A DNA stretch of 64,000 nt, taken from positions 1-64,000 of the forward strand of contig JBDREC010000029.1 of NCBI GenBank assembly GCA_043820105.1, given 5' to 3'. The first letter of the stretch is position 1. Each line of letters starts with the position of its first letter. The position numbers were made by a program, and so were the translations under genes. Positions 9,751 through 20,420 of this stretch are shown piece by piece. The notes beneath the pieces were generated by a model. The model was given only the letters and a program-made list of their open reading frames with translations, was not told the origin of the DNA and did no database searches. Source of the stretch: Pseudomonadota bacterium (lineage in GTDB: Bacteria; Bdellovibrionota_F; JAHFAK01; JBDREC01).

Positions 9751-10866
9751 ATGATTGAAAATATGCACGAAAAACATGTTGAATTTTTGAAACAACATCA
9801 TTTTAATGAAAAAGATTTTAATAATTTTGTTGAATCAATAAAAAGTGGTGAGTTTTCAAAGGCTTCTAATATAGTTAAGGGCAAGATTAGTCTTCCTGAT
9901 TTTGCTTCTTTGTTTAATTGTCAGAATGCTGACCCTGAAAAAAAAGAAAAATATTCAAAAATTGGAATAAATGCACTTATAAAAGGAGAGCTAGCTTGCG
10001 CTATCATGAATGGAGGAATGGCAACTCGTTTTGGTGGAGTAGTGAAAGGGCTTGTTCCCGTGTATGATGGACTTACATTTTTGGAAATTAAGCTTCAAAG
10101 TTTCTGCAATATTGCTAAAAAATATGAGATCAAACTTCCTGTTTATTTGATGAATAGCTTTTCCACAGACAATGACACTCTTGAATTTTTAGAAAAAAAG
10201 GGATATTTTAACAATAAATATTTAGATATTAAATGCTTTAATCAGTCAATATCATTGAGATTAAATCAAGATGGCTCTATGTTTTATGATTCTTGTTCAA
10301 ATCCGATTTTTTTTACTCCAGGCCATGGTGATTTTTCAATTATGTTTAAAAAATCTGGTATGTTTGATGATTTTTCTAAAAAAGGGTGCAAATATCTTTT
10401 TCTTTCCAATGTAGATAATCTTGTCGCCACTTTAGATCCATTGATTGTTGGGAGTCATATTAATAGTTGCAAAGCTATTACTTGTGAAAGTGTTGAAAAA
10501 CTTGAAAAGGATGCAGGGGGAGCTCCTGTTATCGTTAATGATAGGCTTCAAATATTAGAGGATTTTAGATTTCCAGAAGGCTTTGATAAGACTAAGATAC
10601 CAATATTTAATACAAATACTTTTATTTTTTCTAAAAGTGTTTTTGAAAGCAAAGTCGATCTTACTTGGTTTTATGTTGAGAAAAAGATTGATGGCAATGC
10701 ATTATTACAATGTGAAAGACTTGTAGGGGAACTTACTAGCTTTTTTGACACAAATTTTATAATAGTCCCTAGATTTGGTAAAAAATCACGCTTTTATCCA
10801 CTTAAGACACCGCAAGACCTTGAAAAATGTCGTTTAGAAATCAAAGACGCTTTACAATCGAGATAA
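9751..10866 (+). CDS. UTP--glucose-1-phosphate uridylyltransferase-like protein (UDPGP/PF01704 type)
   Basis: NGGMATRFGG..KG, LMNSF, PGHG, SNVDNL, FNTN motifs. Confidence 0.85.
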   Translation: MIENMHEKHVEFLKQHHFNEKDFNNFVESIKSGEFSKASNIVKGKISLPDFASLFNCQNADPEKKEKYSKIGINALIKGELACAIMNGGMATRFGGVVKGLVPVYDGLTFLEIKLQSFCNIAKKYEIKLPVYLMNSFSTDNDTLEFLEKKGYFNNKYLDIKCFNQSISLRLNQDGSMFYDSCSNPIFFTPGHGDFSIMFKKSGMFDDFSKKGCKYLFLSNVDNLVATLDPLIVGSHINSCKAITCESVEKLEKDAGGAPVIVNDRLQILEDFRFPEGFDKTKIPIFNTNTFIFSKSVFESKVDLTWFYVEKKIDGNALLQCERLVGELTSFFDTNFIIVPRFGKKSRFYPLKTPQDLEKCRLEIKDALQSR

Positions 10867-10936
10867 AAAAGCCTTTCAAAATGCCCTTAAATATGGTATA
10901 ATAAAAAAAACTTTGGGTAAAATTTGGGAGGCATCA

Positions 10937-11101
10937 ATGGGCTTAAGCAAAAATAACAAACCTGATAATAGTTTATTATCATTATCTATCATTATTGGAT
11001 CAATTTGCTTGCTTTTATTTGCTGTTGGTCTTGTTATATCAACTGATAGTATTGAGGACGTTCCAGTTGATTATGAAATGAGATATTTACCAAAAATGTG
11101 A
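10937..11101 (+). CDS. Small single-TM protein
   Basis: GGAGG SD before ATG 10937, extended -10 TGGTATAAT upstream, one hydrophobic helix. Confidence 0.55.
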   Translation: MGLSKNNKPDNSLLSLSIIIGSICLLLFAVGLVISTDSIEDVPVDYEMRYLPKM

Positions 11102-11106
11102 ATTGT

Positions 11107-12690
11107 TTAGAGGCTTACTTCTTTTAGAAATTGTATGTTTTTAAAATCCTTTAATTGCTTTAGTGCTTTATAATCTATTTGCGAATCTAGGCTAATTATA
11201 GCTAAGGCTAAGTCTGACTTTTGTTTTTTAGCCAGAAAATATTCTTCTATATTAACGTTACTATTACCCATGATAGTGCCTATTTTTCCGATTACACCAG
11301 GAACATCAAGATTTTTAATTACTAGCTTTTTGCCAATAGGTTTTATTTCAATGTGGTAGTCGTCAATGTTAATTATTCTTGGGTGGTCTTCACCAAAGAC
11401 AGAACCTGAGATTGTTGTTTCCCCACCTTCATAAACCAGATCAACTTTAATAAGATTTTTATAATCAGATTTTTCTGCTGATGACACGGATTTTAATTCT
11501 AAATTTCTTTCTTTTGCTATTTGATTTACATTAACATAATTTACACTATCTGACATTATTTGAGAAAAAATACCTTTTATAAAACAGGTGAGCATTATGC
11601 TTGAGTATTCTTTTATATCACCAAAAGCTGACAAGGTAACATTTAATATTGGCTTTTCAATAAATTGAACAGCGAATTTCCCCATTTTCTCTGCTAAATT
11701 CATATAGGGCAAGTATTGCTCTGATTGGGAGTCTAGGGTAAAGGGCAGGTTTACTGCGTTAACTACAGCCATCCCTTTTAAGCCATTTACAATTGAATCA
11801 ACAAGGTCTGTTGAGACTCTTTCTTGGGCTTCATGGGTGTTTGCTCCAATATGAGGAGTTAATACTACATTTTCAAATTGAAAAAGTTTATGATCACTTA
11901 TTGGCTCATTTTCGTATACATCAATGCCGGCACCTTGAATTTTGCCATTTTCAAGATTTTCAATTAGAGCATTTTCGTTTATTATTCCACCTCTTGCTGC
12001 ATTTATCACAAAAACACCAGCTTTCATTTTACTAATTTCTTTTTCAGAGATCATATTTAGTGTTTCTTTATTCAAAGGAGTATGAATGCTTATATAATCT
12101 GAATTTTCAAGTAAGCTATTAAGGTCATGCATTATTACACCTAAATCATCAGCTTTTTTCTTTGGAATATATGGATCATAGGTTATGACTTTCATTTTAA
12201 AGCTATTACAAATTGTTGCTACACGAGAACCGACACGTCCAAGCCCAATAATTCCAATTGTTTTATTAAAAAATTCATGACCAATATATTTTTCTCTTTT
12301 CCATTGGCCTTTTCTTATATCAAGGTCTGCTGACAAAATTTTCCGGCTTAGAGACAGCATTAGAGCTAAGGTAAGTTCAGCGGCTGATACTATATTTGCC
12401 TCAGGGGTGTTAACAACCATGATTCCCAGACGAGTAGCTTCATCAATATCAATATTGTCAATTCCTACGCCACCTCTGCCAATAATTTTTAAGTTGCTAG
12501 CTCTTGACAATAATTTTTTTGTAATTGCATTTTGACTTCTTGTGATAAGGGCATGATAGGGCATAATAATTTTTTCAAGTTCCGTATTATCAATTTTTTC
12601 AATTTTAGTGAGCTCAATATCTTCATGTGAATTTATTAGATCAATTCCTTTTTGATTGAACTTGTCAACAACAAGTACTTTGTATTTCAT
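11107..12690 (-). CDS. serA: D-3-phosphoglycerate dehydrogenase (with ASB and ACT domains)
   Basis: GVGIDNID, GLGRVG, NAARGG, TPHIGA and C-terminal DVPGVIG ACT motif. Confidence 0.95.
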   Translation of the reverse strand: MKYKVLVVDKFNQKGIDLINSHEDIELTKIEKIDNTELEKIIMPYHALITRSQNAITKKLLSRASNLKIIGRGGVGIDNIDIDEATRLGIMVVNTPEANIVSAAELTLALMLSLSRKILSADLDIRKGQWKREKYIGHEFFNKTIGIIGLGRVGSRVATICNSFKMKVITYDPYIPKKKADDLGVIMHDLNSLLENSDYISIHTPLNKETLNMISEKEISKMKAGVFVINAARGGIINENALIENLENGKIQGAGIDVYENEPISDHKLFQFENVVLTPHIGANTHEAQERVSTDLVDSIVNGLKGMAVVNAVNLPFTLDSQSEQYLPYMNLAEKMGKFAVQFIEKPILNVTLSAFGDIKEYSSIMLTCFIKGIFSQIMSDSVNYVNVNQIAKERNLELKSVSSAEKSDYKNLIKVDLVYEGGETTISGSVFGEDHPRIINIDDYHIEIKPIGKKLVIKNLDVPGVIGKIGTIMGNSNVNIEEYFLAKKQKSDLALAIISLDSQIDYKALKQLKDFKNIQFLKEVSL

Positions 12691-12705
12691 TGTGTTCCTT
12701 TGGTG

Positions 12706-12726
12706 GCGTACAGCGTACAGCGTGAG
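12706..12726. repeat. GCGTACA heptamer array
   Basis: gcgtaca gcgtaca gcgtgag in the short intergenic gap; same unit at 37740 and, reversed, at 60361. Confidence 0.65.
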
Positions 12727-12727
12727 T

Positions 12728-13783
12728 TTATAATAAGTTGTTAATGTTTTTTAATAAGGACTCTAGGTCACTTATTTGTATTTCTCCCATGTGGCCTATT
12801 CTAAAGGTGCTTTCTTTTAGTTTTCCATATCCTGATCCAATTGTAATATTCTTTTCTTTTAATTTATTAACTAAAGCTAAGCTGTCTTTGTATTTAATGC
12901 ATGATATTGTTGGGCTTGCGATTTCGGGGAAGTATTCAAGTTCTTTTTCCCGGGCCCAATTCTTAGTAAAAAGTAATAAGTTTTTATGACGATTCAATCT
13001 GTTTTCTATGCCTTCTTCCAGAAGAAAATTAAGTTGCTTGTAAAAAGCATAAAAATGCGGGATGGAAGGAGTGGTATTTGTATAACCGTCTTTTGCTTTT
13101 TCAAGTGCTTGCAAAATGTCAAAATAGTATGTTTTTGGATTATATTCATTTGCTTTTTTTAGAAACTTTTCTGAAACTGTACAAATAGTAATTCCAGGAG
13201 GCAATGCCAAGGCCTTTTGAACACCTGCAAAGCAAAAATCAATATCATTTAAAGGAACTTCACAACCTCCTAAAGAGCTAACAGCATCAACACAAATTAG
13301 AGCAGCTGAATTTTCATTTATTGTTTCTATCAATTCCTTTAGTGGATTAAGAGCACCAGTTGAGGTTTCACTGTGAGTTATTAAAATATGGCTATATTTT
13401 TTACTGGCGAGTTTGTGTTTTAAATCCTTAGCTTTTATTGTCTCTCCCCAGTTGTATTCAATACAATCTACATTATTTGAATAAATCTTTGAAATTTGAG
13501 CCCATCTTTCTGAAAAGGCACCATTAACAATTGCAAGCACATTTTCAGCTTTAGTGTTTAAAAAACAAACTTCCATCATACATGTTGATGATGTTGTGAA
13601 AATTAAGGCTTCATTTGTAAGCAAGAAATAGTTTTTAAGCAAAGCAAGAATTTCAAGATACATTTTTTTAAAGCCCTCAGATCTATGCCCTATTTGCCCT
13701 GTCATCATTTCTCTGAGAATTTCTTCTTTTACATAGCTCGGGCCAGGAAGAAAGAAGTTTATTTTTTCTTTATTTATATTCAT
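12728..13783 (-). CDS. Class V aminotransferase (serine-pyruvate/alanine-glyoxylate type; probable phosphoserine aminotransferase role)
   Basis: PGP, HSETSTG, DAVSS, GVQKALALPPG, FRIGHMG motifs; upstream of serA. Confidence 0.88.
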   Translation of the reverse strand: MNINKEKINFFLPGPSYVKEEILREMMTGQIGHRSEGFKKMYLEILALLKNYFLLTNEALIFTTSSTCMMEVCFLNTKAENVLAIVNGAFSERWAQISKIYSNNVDCIEYNWGETIKAKDLKHKLASKKYSHILITHSETSTGALNPLKELIETINENSAALICVDAVSSLGGCEVPLNDIDFCFAGVQKALALPPGITICTVSEKFLKKANEYNPKTYYFDILQALEKAKDGYTNTTPSIPHFYAFYKQLNFLLEEGIENRLNRHKNLLLFTKNWAREKELEYFPEIASPTISCIKYKDSLALVNKLKEKNITIGSGYGKLKESTFRIGHMGEIQISDLESLLKNINNLL

Positions 13784-13883
13784 TTGGTGTCCAAATAATT
13801 ATCCTTTTTAAGTGGTATCCACTTAACATAAACACAAAAGATGCGCAATTTCAAAATGCCAAATAACCAGAAAACAGGTTGAT

Positions 13884-14960
13884 TTATTTTTTTAATAGAA
13901 GTTTTAATCCCATGTTAATTCTTTTAAATATTAAATTAAAATAAGGCAGAACGTTTTTTATTTTTAAGCCATCTTCAATTTCATCGGCGGAGAAAAAAGC
14001 CTCCAAAATGTACATAAGGCTTGTTAACTTGTTTTTTGAGTTTAGGGCGAAAAGCAAGGAACCCGCCCCTTGAGGAAATGAATTCTCTAATAATCTACCT
14101 AAAAGAAATGTTTCAATTTTTCCGAGGGCTGCTTTATTTTCTTTTAGGACTTGTAGTGGAATTATATTCTTCGTGTTTGTTGAGATCCACGCAATAGCGA
14201 AATAAAGTGGTTTTTCTAGTCCTAGTGTTTTTGATGCAATAAGCGTTTTTTGCCAGTTAATTTTATTATTTTTAATTAGGAAAATGATATCAAAGAACCA
14301 GGATAGTTTTTCATAGGAGTGCTTTTGAGCATGCCATGCTGAAATGACAATTTGCAGCTCATTTGTATAGCGTGTATATTTATTATCAAGAAGAGTTTTT
14401 TCTTCCTTTTCTTTTTCAATAAAACCAACATTTTTAATTGTTGTTTTTCTGAATTTTAATCTATCAAGATTAAAACAAGACCTGTGGATATCAATCATTA
14501 TTTCATCTTTTATGAAGACAGTACTTTTTTCGCTGAACTCATTAAATCCCAGATCCTGTAATATCTTTTTAGTATTTGTATAATCATTTTCCTTAATTAT
14601 TAAATCAATATCTCCAATTTCTCTTAACCCTGGATCTTCATAGGCTTGGTTGATTAAATCAAGCCCTCTAATCAAGGTTACTTCAATTTTTTCGCGATTA
14701 AATACTGATAGTATTATGTCTAACTTTTGGCTTAATTGCCAAAAAATCCTTTGGTTGTAACGATAGCTTTCCTTGCAATTTTCTATTATCACTTTTGGTA
14801 GATTCTCTGAAATAGTAGTTTTTGATATGTTTTTATAGATTAATCCAGCAAGCTTATTTTTATTTATTAGCTCAAGAAGTTTAATTTCTTCCTTTAAAGA
14901 AATGTTTTTATTTAAATTTAATTCTGCCTTTAAAGCTAGATTAATGGCCAGGGTTTTCAT
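13884..14960 (-). CDS. Nucleotidyltransferase family protein (NTP_transf_5-like)
   Basis: LIRG...Y..PGLREIGDIDLII...IDIH...WFFDI pattern. Confidence 0.8.
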   Translation of the reverse strand: MKTLAINLALKAELNLNKNISLKEEIKLLELINKNKLAGLIYKNISKTTISENLPKVIIENCKESYRYNQRIFWQLSQKLDIILSVFNREKIEVTLIRGLDLINQAYEDPGLREIGDIDLIIKENDYTNTKKILQDLGFNEFSEKSTVFIKDEIMIDIHRSCFNLDRLKFRKTTIKNVGFIEKEKEEKTLLDNKYTRYTNELQIVISAWHAQKHSYEKLSWFFDIIFLIKNNKINWQKTLIASKTLGLEKPLYFAIAWISTNTKNIIPLQVLKENKAALGKIETFLLGRLLENSFPQGAGSLLFALNSKNKLTSLMYILEAFFSADEIEDGLKIKNVLPYFNLIFKRINMGLKLLLKK

Positions 14961-14972
14961 AAAAAGTTGCTT

Positions 14973-16220
14973 TTATTTATTTTCAGTTTGAGTTTCATTT
15001 TCTTTTGTAAAAATATCTTCTTCGTAAATTGAGTTAACAATAAAAAGTAAAGAATTATCAGCAAGATTTACAAATCTATCAATTTTTACTTCATTTCCAT
15101 TTGAATCAAAAAGAATTTGAAGTCTTGGTCTTAGTGGTTTTGTCTCATCAGTAGCTATTACTCTGCCTATCTCCTTAGTGTTGAGTTCTACAAGGCTATT
15201 CAATGGAAAGACCGAGATTTTTTTCAATAATATTTTAAGAAGATCTTTATCAAAATAGCCTTTCTTTTGTTCAATTATAATTTTAATTGCATCATATGGA
15301 AGAAATCTTCTTCTGTGAGGTCGGTCATGTGTAAGTGCTTCATAGTCATCAACCAGTCCAATGATTCTTGCAAAATCATGAATGCTTTCTTTTTTTAGTT
15401 GCTTTGGATATCCTTTGCCATTGATACGTTCATGTTCTTGCAAAATAATTTCAGCCATCCACTTAACTTCTTTGTTTTTAATATCCTTAAAAAGGTTATA
15501 TCCTTTTTCTGGGTGAGTTTTAACCAGATCCATTTCTTTTTCAGTTAAGGTGGATTTTGAATGTATTATATTTGCTTCTAGCAATAACATCCCAATATCA
15601 TGTAAGGCCGCGGCAGTAAATAAACTGATGAGCTTTTGTTTTGAATAATTCAGGCCGATTCCAATTTTTAAAGAAAAAATTCCAACATTAATTCCATGAG
15701 AAATGAAATCATCGATTGTGTGTCTATTGTAAACTGCTTTAATATATAATAAGTCATGGTCTGTATCATGAAGCATACAATCAACAACTTTTTCTGCGTT
15801 TTTTATCAAGGCTAGAATAGTGCTTTCATCGACTCTTGAGTTAGCCTTAACAATGTCCATTACATCCATTATTGCAAACTTACCTTGTTTGAAAAGGCGA
15901 TCTACATCTCTCTTTGCTTTTGTCTTTTCAACAACTTTTGATTCTAAGTCATATTTTATTCCATTTGAACTGAAAATAGTTTTTGATTCTTTTTCCTTTT
16001 CAAATTGCGGAGGAAGCTTTCGCGTATCCTTTAAAAAATCTTGAGTTGCAATGACATCTGAAAACTTAAAATTGTCTATGGCTTCACTTTCGTTTTCTTC
16101 TCTTTTATCTTCAACCTTTTTATTGGGAGCTGCTTTTTTCTCTATAGATTTAGATTTTGCTTCTTCATCTTTATTTTGCTTTTCACCTTCAGGTTGTAGT
16201 ATTTCATTTAATCGAACCAA
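14973..16220 (-). CDS. HD-GYP domain phosphodiesterase (c-di-GMP)
   Basis: SHGINV, LHDIG, HPEKG, HERINGKGYP, DDYEAL..DRPHR motifs. Confidence 0.9.
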   Translation of the reverse strand: MVRLNEILQPEGEKQNKDEEAKSKSIEKKAAPNKKVEDKREENESEAIDNFKFSDVIATQDFLKDTRKLPPQFEKEKESKTIFSSNGIKYDLESKVVEKTKAKRDVDRLFKQGKFAIMDVMDIVKANSRVDESTILALIKNAEKVVDCMLHDTDHDLLYIKAVYNRHTIDDFISHGINVGIFSLKIGIGLNYSKQKLISLFTAAALHDIGMLLLEANIIHSKSTLTEKEMDLVKTHPEKGYNLFKDIKNKEVKWMAEIILQEHERINGKGYPKQLKKESIHDFARIIGLVDDYEALTHDRPHRRRFLPYDAIKIIIEQKKGYFDKDLLKILLKKISVFPLNSLVELNTKEIGRVIATDETKPLRPRLQILFDSNGNEVKIDRFVNLADNSLLFIVNSIYEEDIFTKENETQTENK

Positions 16221-16397
16221 TTTTTAACCTAAACTTATTTTTACAACAAAAATGATAGTCAAAAAAATCATTAAAATCAATCATTAATAACAATTCTTAT
16301 AATACCCATGATTTTTCTTGACATGGGGCGGACCAAGTAATATCTTCCTTGAGTTTTCTAGGTTTAATCACTTTTTAATTTTAATAAGGAGGGTCAC

Positions 16398-16676
16398 ATG
16401 ACCAAAGCAGAATTAGTTGATAACATTTGTAAAGCTAACAAACACAGAGAATTAAGCAAAACTTTAGTTAATGAAGTTTGCGACACACTTTTTTATGAAC
16501 TCTCAAGAGGAATTAAGAAAGACAAAAGATTTACTTATCCTGGATTTGGAACCTGGACACTAAAAAACAGAAAAGCTAGAACAGGCAGAAATCCTCAAAC
16601 TGGCGAAGAAATCAAAATCAAAGCTTCAAAAACAGTTACATTTAAACCAGCTCCAAGATTAAAAGACTATATTTAA
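16398..16676 (+). CDS. hup: DNA-binding protein HU
   Basis: MTKAELV...GFGTW...ARTGRNPQTGEEIKI...FKPA; SD AGGAGG. Confidence 0.95.
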   Translation: MTKAELVDNICKANKHRELSKTLVNEVCDTLFYELSRGIKKDKRFTYPGFGTWTLKNRKARTGRNPQTGEEIKIKASKTVTFKPAPRLKDYI

Positions 16677-16895
16677 TCGGTATTAAAATCTAAGCTACTA
16701 ATCCACAAATTTTTCAATTTTAATTTTCTTTTATTAGAACTATAAAATAAATTTATCATTATTTCAGTATGTTAAACTTTTAACCTTGACGTGGTTTGAA
16801 ATAATTTCTAAAAATATAATAACATCCCGGTAAAAAAGTGAGTTTCTCTTTTGAGTTAATACGTAAGACCTGCAACTTTTTTTATAGGAGGGGGA

Positions 16896-17366
16896 ATGTT
16901 AGGTTATAACAGACCAAGACTTGGGCAAATTTTGCTTGAGCAAGGCAAACTCAACAATTCCAATTTAGAGCTAGCTCTTAAGTGTCAAGTTGACGAAAGA
17001 GCTAAATCAAATGAACTTTTCCTTGGCGAAATCTTAGTTAAAAAATCCATTATTACAGCTGATGATCTTAGCATGGCCCTGGAGTTTCAATGTGAAATGA
17101 CAGAGGACTATGAAATTATCGGAATTAAGGACAAGAAGCTCTTTGATGTTATTGATAGGGAAGATGCTTTAGAGCACACCATTTTCCCTATTTTGCTAAA
17201 ACAAGGTTCTTGGGGTTCAACACTTTATTTGGCGATAGTGGATAAGGCAGATATTCGAACCATAGAAAAGATAAAGGCAAAGACAAATTGTTTTATTAGA
17301 CCTGTTGAAGTTGAAAGAAAGACAATTAATAACGCCATTAATAAGTACTACGAAAATACTAAATAG
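16896..17366 (+). CDS. Stand-alone MshEN/GspE N-terminal domain protein (candidate c-di-GMP receptor)
   Basis: RLGQILLEQGKLNNSNLELALKCQ plus a second FLGEILV...ALEFQ repeat; no ATPase domain. Confidence 0.85.
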   Translation: MLGYNRPRLGQILLEQGKLNNSNLELALKCQVDERAKSNELFLGEILVKKSIITADDLSMALEFQCEMTEDYEIIGIKDKKLFDVIDREDALEHTIFPILLKQGSWGSTLYLAIVDKADIRTIEKIKAKTNCFIRPVEVERKTINNAINKYYENTK

Positions 17367-17409
17367 CAGCAAGCTATTTGGTCACGCCAGCTTTTTCTGA
17401 TTTTTTTAA

Positions 17410-17439
17410 TTGACAAGATAGGTCTCAAACATTTATAAA
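17410..17439 (+). promoter_or_regulatory. Possible sigma-70 promoter of metK
   Basis: TTGACA-N18-TATAAA. Confidence 0.5.
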
Positions 17440-17452
17440 GCGACTGAAATCA

Positions 17453-17592
17453 GTGGTAAGTGGTAAGTGGTAAGTGGTAAGTGGTAAGTGGTAAGTAACT
17501 TTTAAAGCAATGTTTTTTTAAGGTACTTATTTAATACCACTGCCAAGGTTTATTTTTAATTACTTACAGCTTATCACTTAACACTTACCACT
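17453..17592. repeat. Heptamer inverted-repeat element: (GTGGTAA)6, spacer, degenerate (TTACCAC)n
   Basis: Six exact GTGGTAA units at 17453-17494; complementary arm at 17560-17592. Confidence 0.9.
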
Positions 17593-17611
17593 AAATAAAA
17601 GGAGATACAAA

Positions 17612-18778
17612 ATGAGTAAATATATGACTTTTACATCTGAATCAGTTACTGAAGGACATCCTGATAAAGTGGCAGATCAAATTTCAGATGCAATTTTAGA
17701 TGATATTATGGTTAAAGATTCCAAGGGTCGAGTAGCTTGCGAAACTTTAGTGACAACTGGAATGGCAGTAGTAGCTGGTGAAATTACTACAGACTGCTAC
17801 GTTGATATTCCTGAAGTTGTTAGACAAACCATTAAAGAAATAGGTTATAATAATAGCTCTATGGGTTTTGATTGGGAAACTTGCGCAGTAATCGCGTCAA
17901 TTGATAAACAATCACCTGATATTTCTCAAGGTGTTACTGATGGTGAAGGTTTGTTTAAAGAACAGGGAGCTGGTGACCAGGGGATGATGTTTGGTTTTGC
18001 TTGCAATGAAACATCCGTTTTAATGCCATCACCAATTTATTATGCACATAAGCTGACCAAGAAATTAGCTCAAGTTAGAAAAGAAGGAATAATTGATTAT
18101 TTAAGACCTGATGGAAAGTCACAAGTTTCTATTAGATATGAAGGACATACTCCTAAATTTGTTGAAACAGTTGTTATATCAGCACAACATAATCCAGAAG
18201 CTAGTTATGAACAAATAAAAGAAGATATTAAAAAATACGTAATCAATGAAATTATTCCAAGTGATCTATTTACTGATAACACAAAAATTTATGTAAATCC
18301 TACTGGAAGATTTGTTCATGGTGGTCCAGTCGCTGATTGTGGTTTAACGGGAAGAAAAATTATTGTTGATACTTATGGTGGAATGGGAAGCCATGGCGGC
18401 GGATGTTTTTCAGGAAAAGATCCTTCAAAGGTTGATAGATCTGCTTCTTACATGGCAAGGTATGTTGCTAAAAATATTGTAGCCTCTGGTATTTGTGATA
18501 GATGCGAAATTCAACTTGCTTATGCAATTGGTGTAGCAGATCCTGTTTCTATTTTTATTGATACCTTTTCCACCTGCAAAATTGATGAAGAAAAAATTAT
18601 TCCAATGGTTAGGGAACTTTTTAATTTAAAACCAGCAGGAATTATTGAAACCCTTGATCTTTTAAAACCAAGATACAGAAAAACAGCTGCATATGGTCAT
18701 TTCGGAAGAGAAGATGAGAATTTTACATGGGAAAAAACAGATAAAGCCTCTGAAATTAAAGGCTTCCTTAATTTCTAA
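17612..18778 (+). CDS. metK: S-adenosylmethionine synthetase
   Basis: [40 protein letters not shown] motifs. Confidence 0.98.
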   Translation: MSKYMTFTSESVTEGHPDKVADQISDAILDDIMVKDSKGRVACETLVTTGMAVVAGEITTDCYVDIPEVVRQTIKEIGYNNSSMGFDWETCAVIASIDKQSPDISQGVTDGEGLFKEQGAGDQGMMFGFACNETSVLMPSPIYYAHKLTKKLAQVRKEGIIDYLRPDGKSQVSIRYEGHTPKFVETVVISAQHNPEASYEQIKEDIKKYVINEIIPSDLFTDNTKIYVNPTGRFVHGGPVADCGLTGRKIIVDTYGGMGSHGGGCFSGKDPSKVDRSASYMARYVAKNIVASGICDRCEIQLAYAIGVADPVSIFIDTFSTCKIDEEKIIPMVRELFNLKPAGIIETLDLLKPRYRKTAAYGHFGREDENFTWEKTDKASEIKGFLNF

Positions 18779-18867
18779 AATCGGGTGTTTTGCTTTGCCT
18801 TTGACTTTTATTTTTAACATTATATAATCGCTATTCTTTTTACATTGTCTTTATAGGAGATATCTTA

Positions 18868-19224
18868 ATGGGAAAAGAAGACCAAACCGAAATACTTTCA
18901 AAAGATCATGTTAGTGGAATGAAGTTGAATTTGCCAGACGCACGTCTAGTTGTTTTAACAGGGGCATTGTCTGGTCATGAATACATGCTGAGAAAAGAAA
19001 AGATAATTATCGGTAGATCTGATGAAGCCAATATCACAATTGATTATCCTGGAGTTTCCAGGCTCCATGCTGAGATTTTTTTTAAAGAAGGCTCTTTTCA
19101 TGTAAAGGATTTAGCTAGCACAAATGGAATTTACGTAAATGGAACAAAAACAGAAGAGGCAAAACTTGGTCACAATGATCAGCTAAAAATTGGTGAAATC
19201 GCTTTTCAATATATTATTCTATAA
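18868..19224 (+). CDS. FHA domain protein
   Basis: IGR...VSRLHA...DLASTNG motif. Confidence 0.92.
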   Translation: MGKEDQTEILSKDHVSGMKLNLPDARLVVLTGALSGHEYMLRKEKIIIGRSDEANITIDYPGVSRLHAEIFFKEGSFHVKDLASTNGIYVNGTKTEEAKLGHNDQLKIGEIAFQYIIL

Positions 19225-19245
19225 ACACCATACTGTGTCAATGCC

Positions 19246-20277
19246 CTAAACCTTATCATACCCTCCCTTAATCAAAACATCCAAATAGTCTATTAACCCA
19301 GGACAAGGGTCCGCAAATTTTTGTGTATTTTTACTATCAAAAAAAGCATTATGATTAATATAAATTAAAGATTCTTTTGGAATGCCAAAATATTTTTCTA
19401 TAAAGGGTATTTTGAGAATAAAGTAAAACAATGAAGGAGGTATGGTAATTCCCAATTTAGGATAATTTAACTTTTTACATATAAGGTTGATTAAATCTCT
19501 TGATTTAATGGGCCTGGGGTCAGCCAGAGCGAAGGTAAGTCCTGTTGTTTCAGATGAGTTTTGGATTTTAATAATCGAATCAACTACCCAATCAACCGGG
19601 ACCAGGTTAAAGTAAGCTTTACCTTTGCCAAAATCGACCATTGGTAAACCATGCAGCTTTTTTAAAAGACGTATTATAAAATATATGCCATCCACTTTTT
19701 CGATTTTTCCCTCTTTTGTATCTCCTGTTACAATTGATGGGCGATAAATTGTTGTGGGTATATTTTTCATTTCTTTGCTTACTAAAATTTCAGCTTCATA
19801 CTTTGTACTTTCATAAAAATTTTTAAATCCCTCGTTGTGTTCAAGATCTTCTTCTTTAATTATACCTATTTTATTCCCGGCTACGTAACAGGTGCTTATA
19901 TAATTAAATCTTTTAAAATCTTTGCAGTCTTTTATAAAGTTGATAATGTTTTTGGTGCCAAGCACATTTATTTTTTTGGCGAATTCTTTTTTTACTTTTA
20001 AATCATAGATGGCTGCCAGGTGAAAACAATATTGGCTATGATCTGTGAGTTTTTCATAATCTTCAGGGCACAGGTCAAGGTTGGGTTTAGTAATATCACC
20101 TTTATAAATTTTTACATTTTTATAGCCATTAGAGTTAATTATATCTTTTGCTTTTTGTATAAAAGCATCCTGTACTAAGCAAAAATATTCATCAAAGGAG
20201 TTCTGTTTTTGCATCTTTTCAAGTAAAAAACGTGCCAAAAACCCTGGAAAACCTGTTATGAACGCTATTTTATTCAT
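19246..20277 (-). CDS. Extended SDR / NAD_binding_4 (male-sterility-like) oxidoreductase
   Basis: TGFPGFLA, HLAA, IST, YESTK, RPSIV motifs. Confidence 0.88.
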   Translation of the reverse strand: MNKIAFITGFPGFLARFLLEKMQKQNSFDEYFCLVQDAFIQKAKDIINSNGYKNVKIYKGDITKPNLDLCPEDYEKLTDHSQYCFHLAAIYDLKVKKEFAKKINVLGTKNIINFIKDCKDFKRFNYISTCYVAGNKIGIIKEEDLEHNEGFKNFYESTKYEAEILVSKEMKNIPTTIYRPSIVTGDTKEGKIEKVDGIYFIIRLLKKLHGLPMVDFGKGKAYFNLVPVDWVVDSIIKIQNSSETTGLTFALADPRPIKSRDLINLICKKLNYPKLGITIPPSLFYFILKIPFIEKYFGIPKESLIYINHNAFFDSKNTQKFADPCPGLIDYLDVLIKGGYDKV

Positions 20278-20420
20278 GTTTAACTCCTATCCTTTTTGAG
20301 GGAGATTTGAAAAATCAAAACAAATTTAAATTAATATGTATTTATACCAAAATAGGCTTGAAAAACAAGTTTTGAATACTTATAGATATGTTTATATAAA
20401 AACTTCTTAGGAGACAATAT

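Noticed and set aside
13845..13862. Sigma-54 site upstream of the class V aminotransferase
   Set aside because: GG-to-GC spacing is 12 nt rather than the required 10
17453..17494. CRISPR array or telomere-like repeat
   Set aside because: Contiguous 7-mers with no spacers, no cas genes, internal intergenic location
17367..17611. SAM riboswitch upstream of metK
   Set aside because: No SAM-I core (ATC..GAG...GCAACC...GTGC) seen; the leader is occupied by the heptamer hairpin
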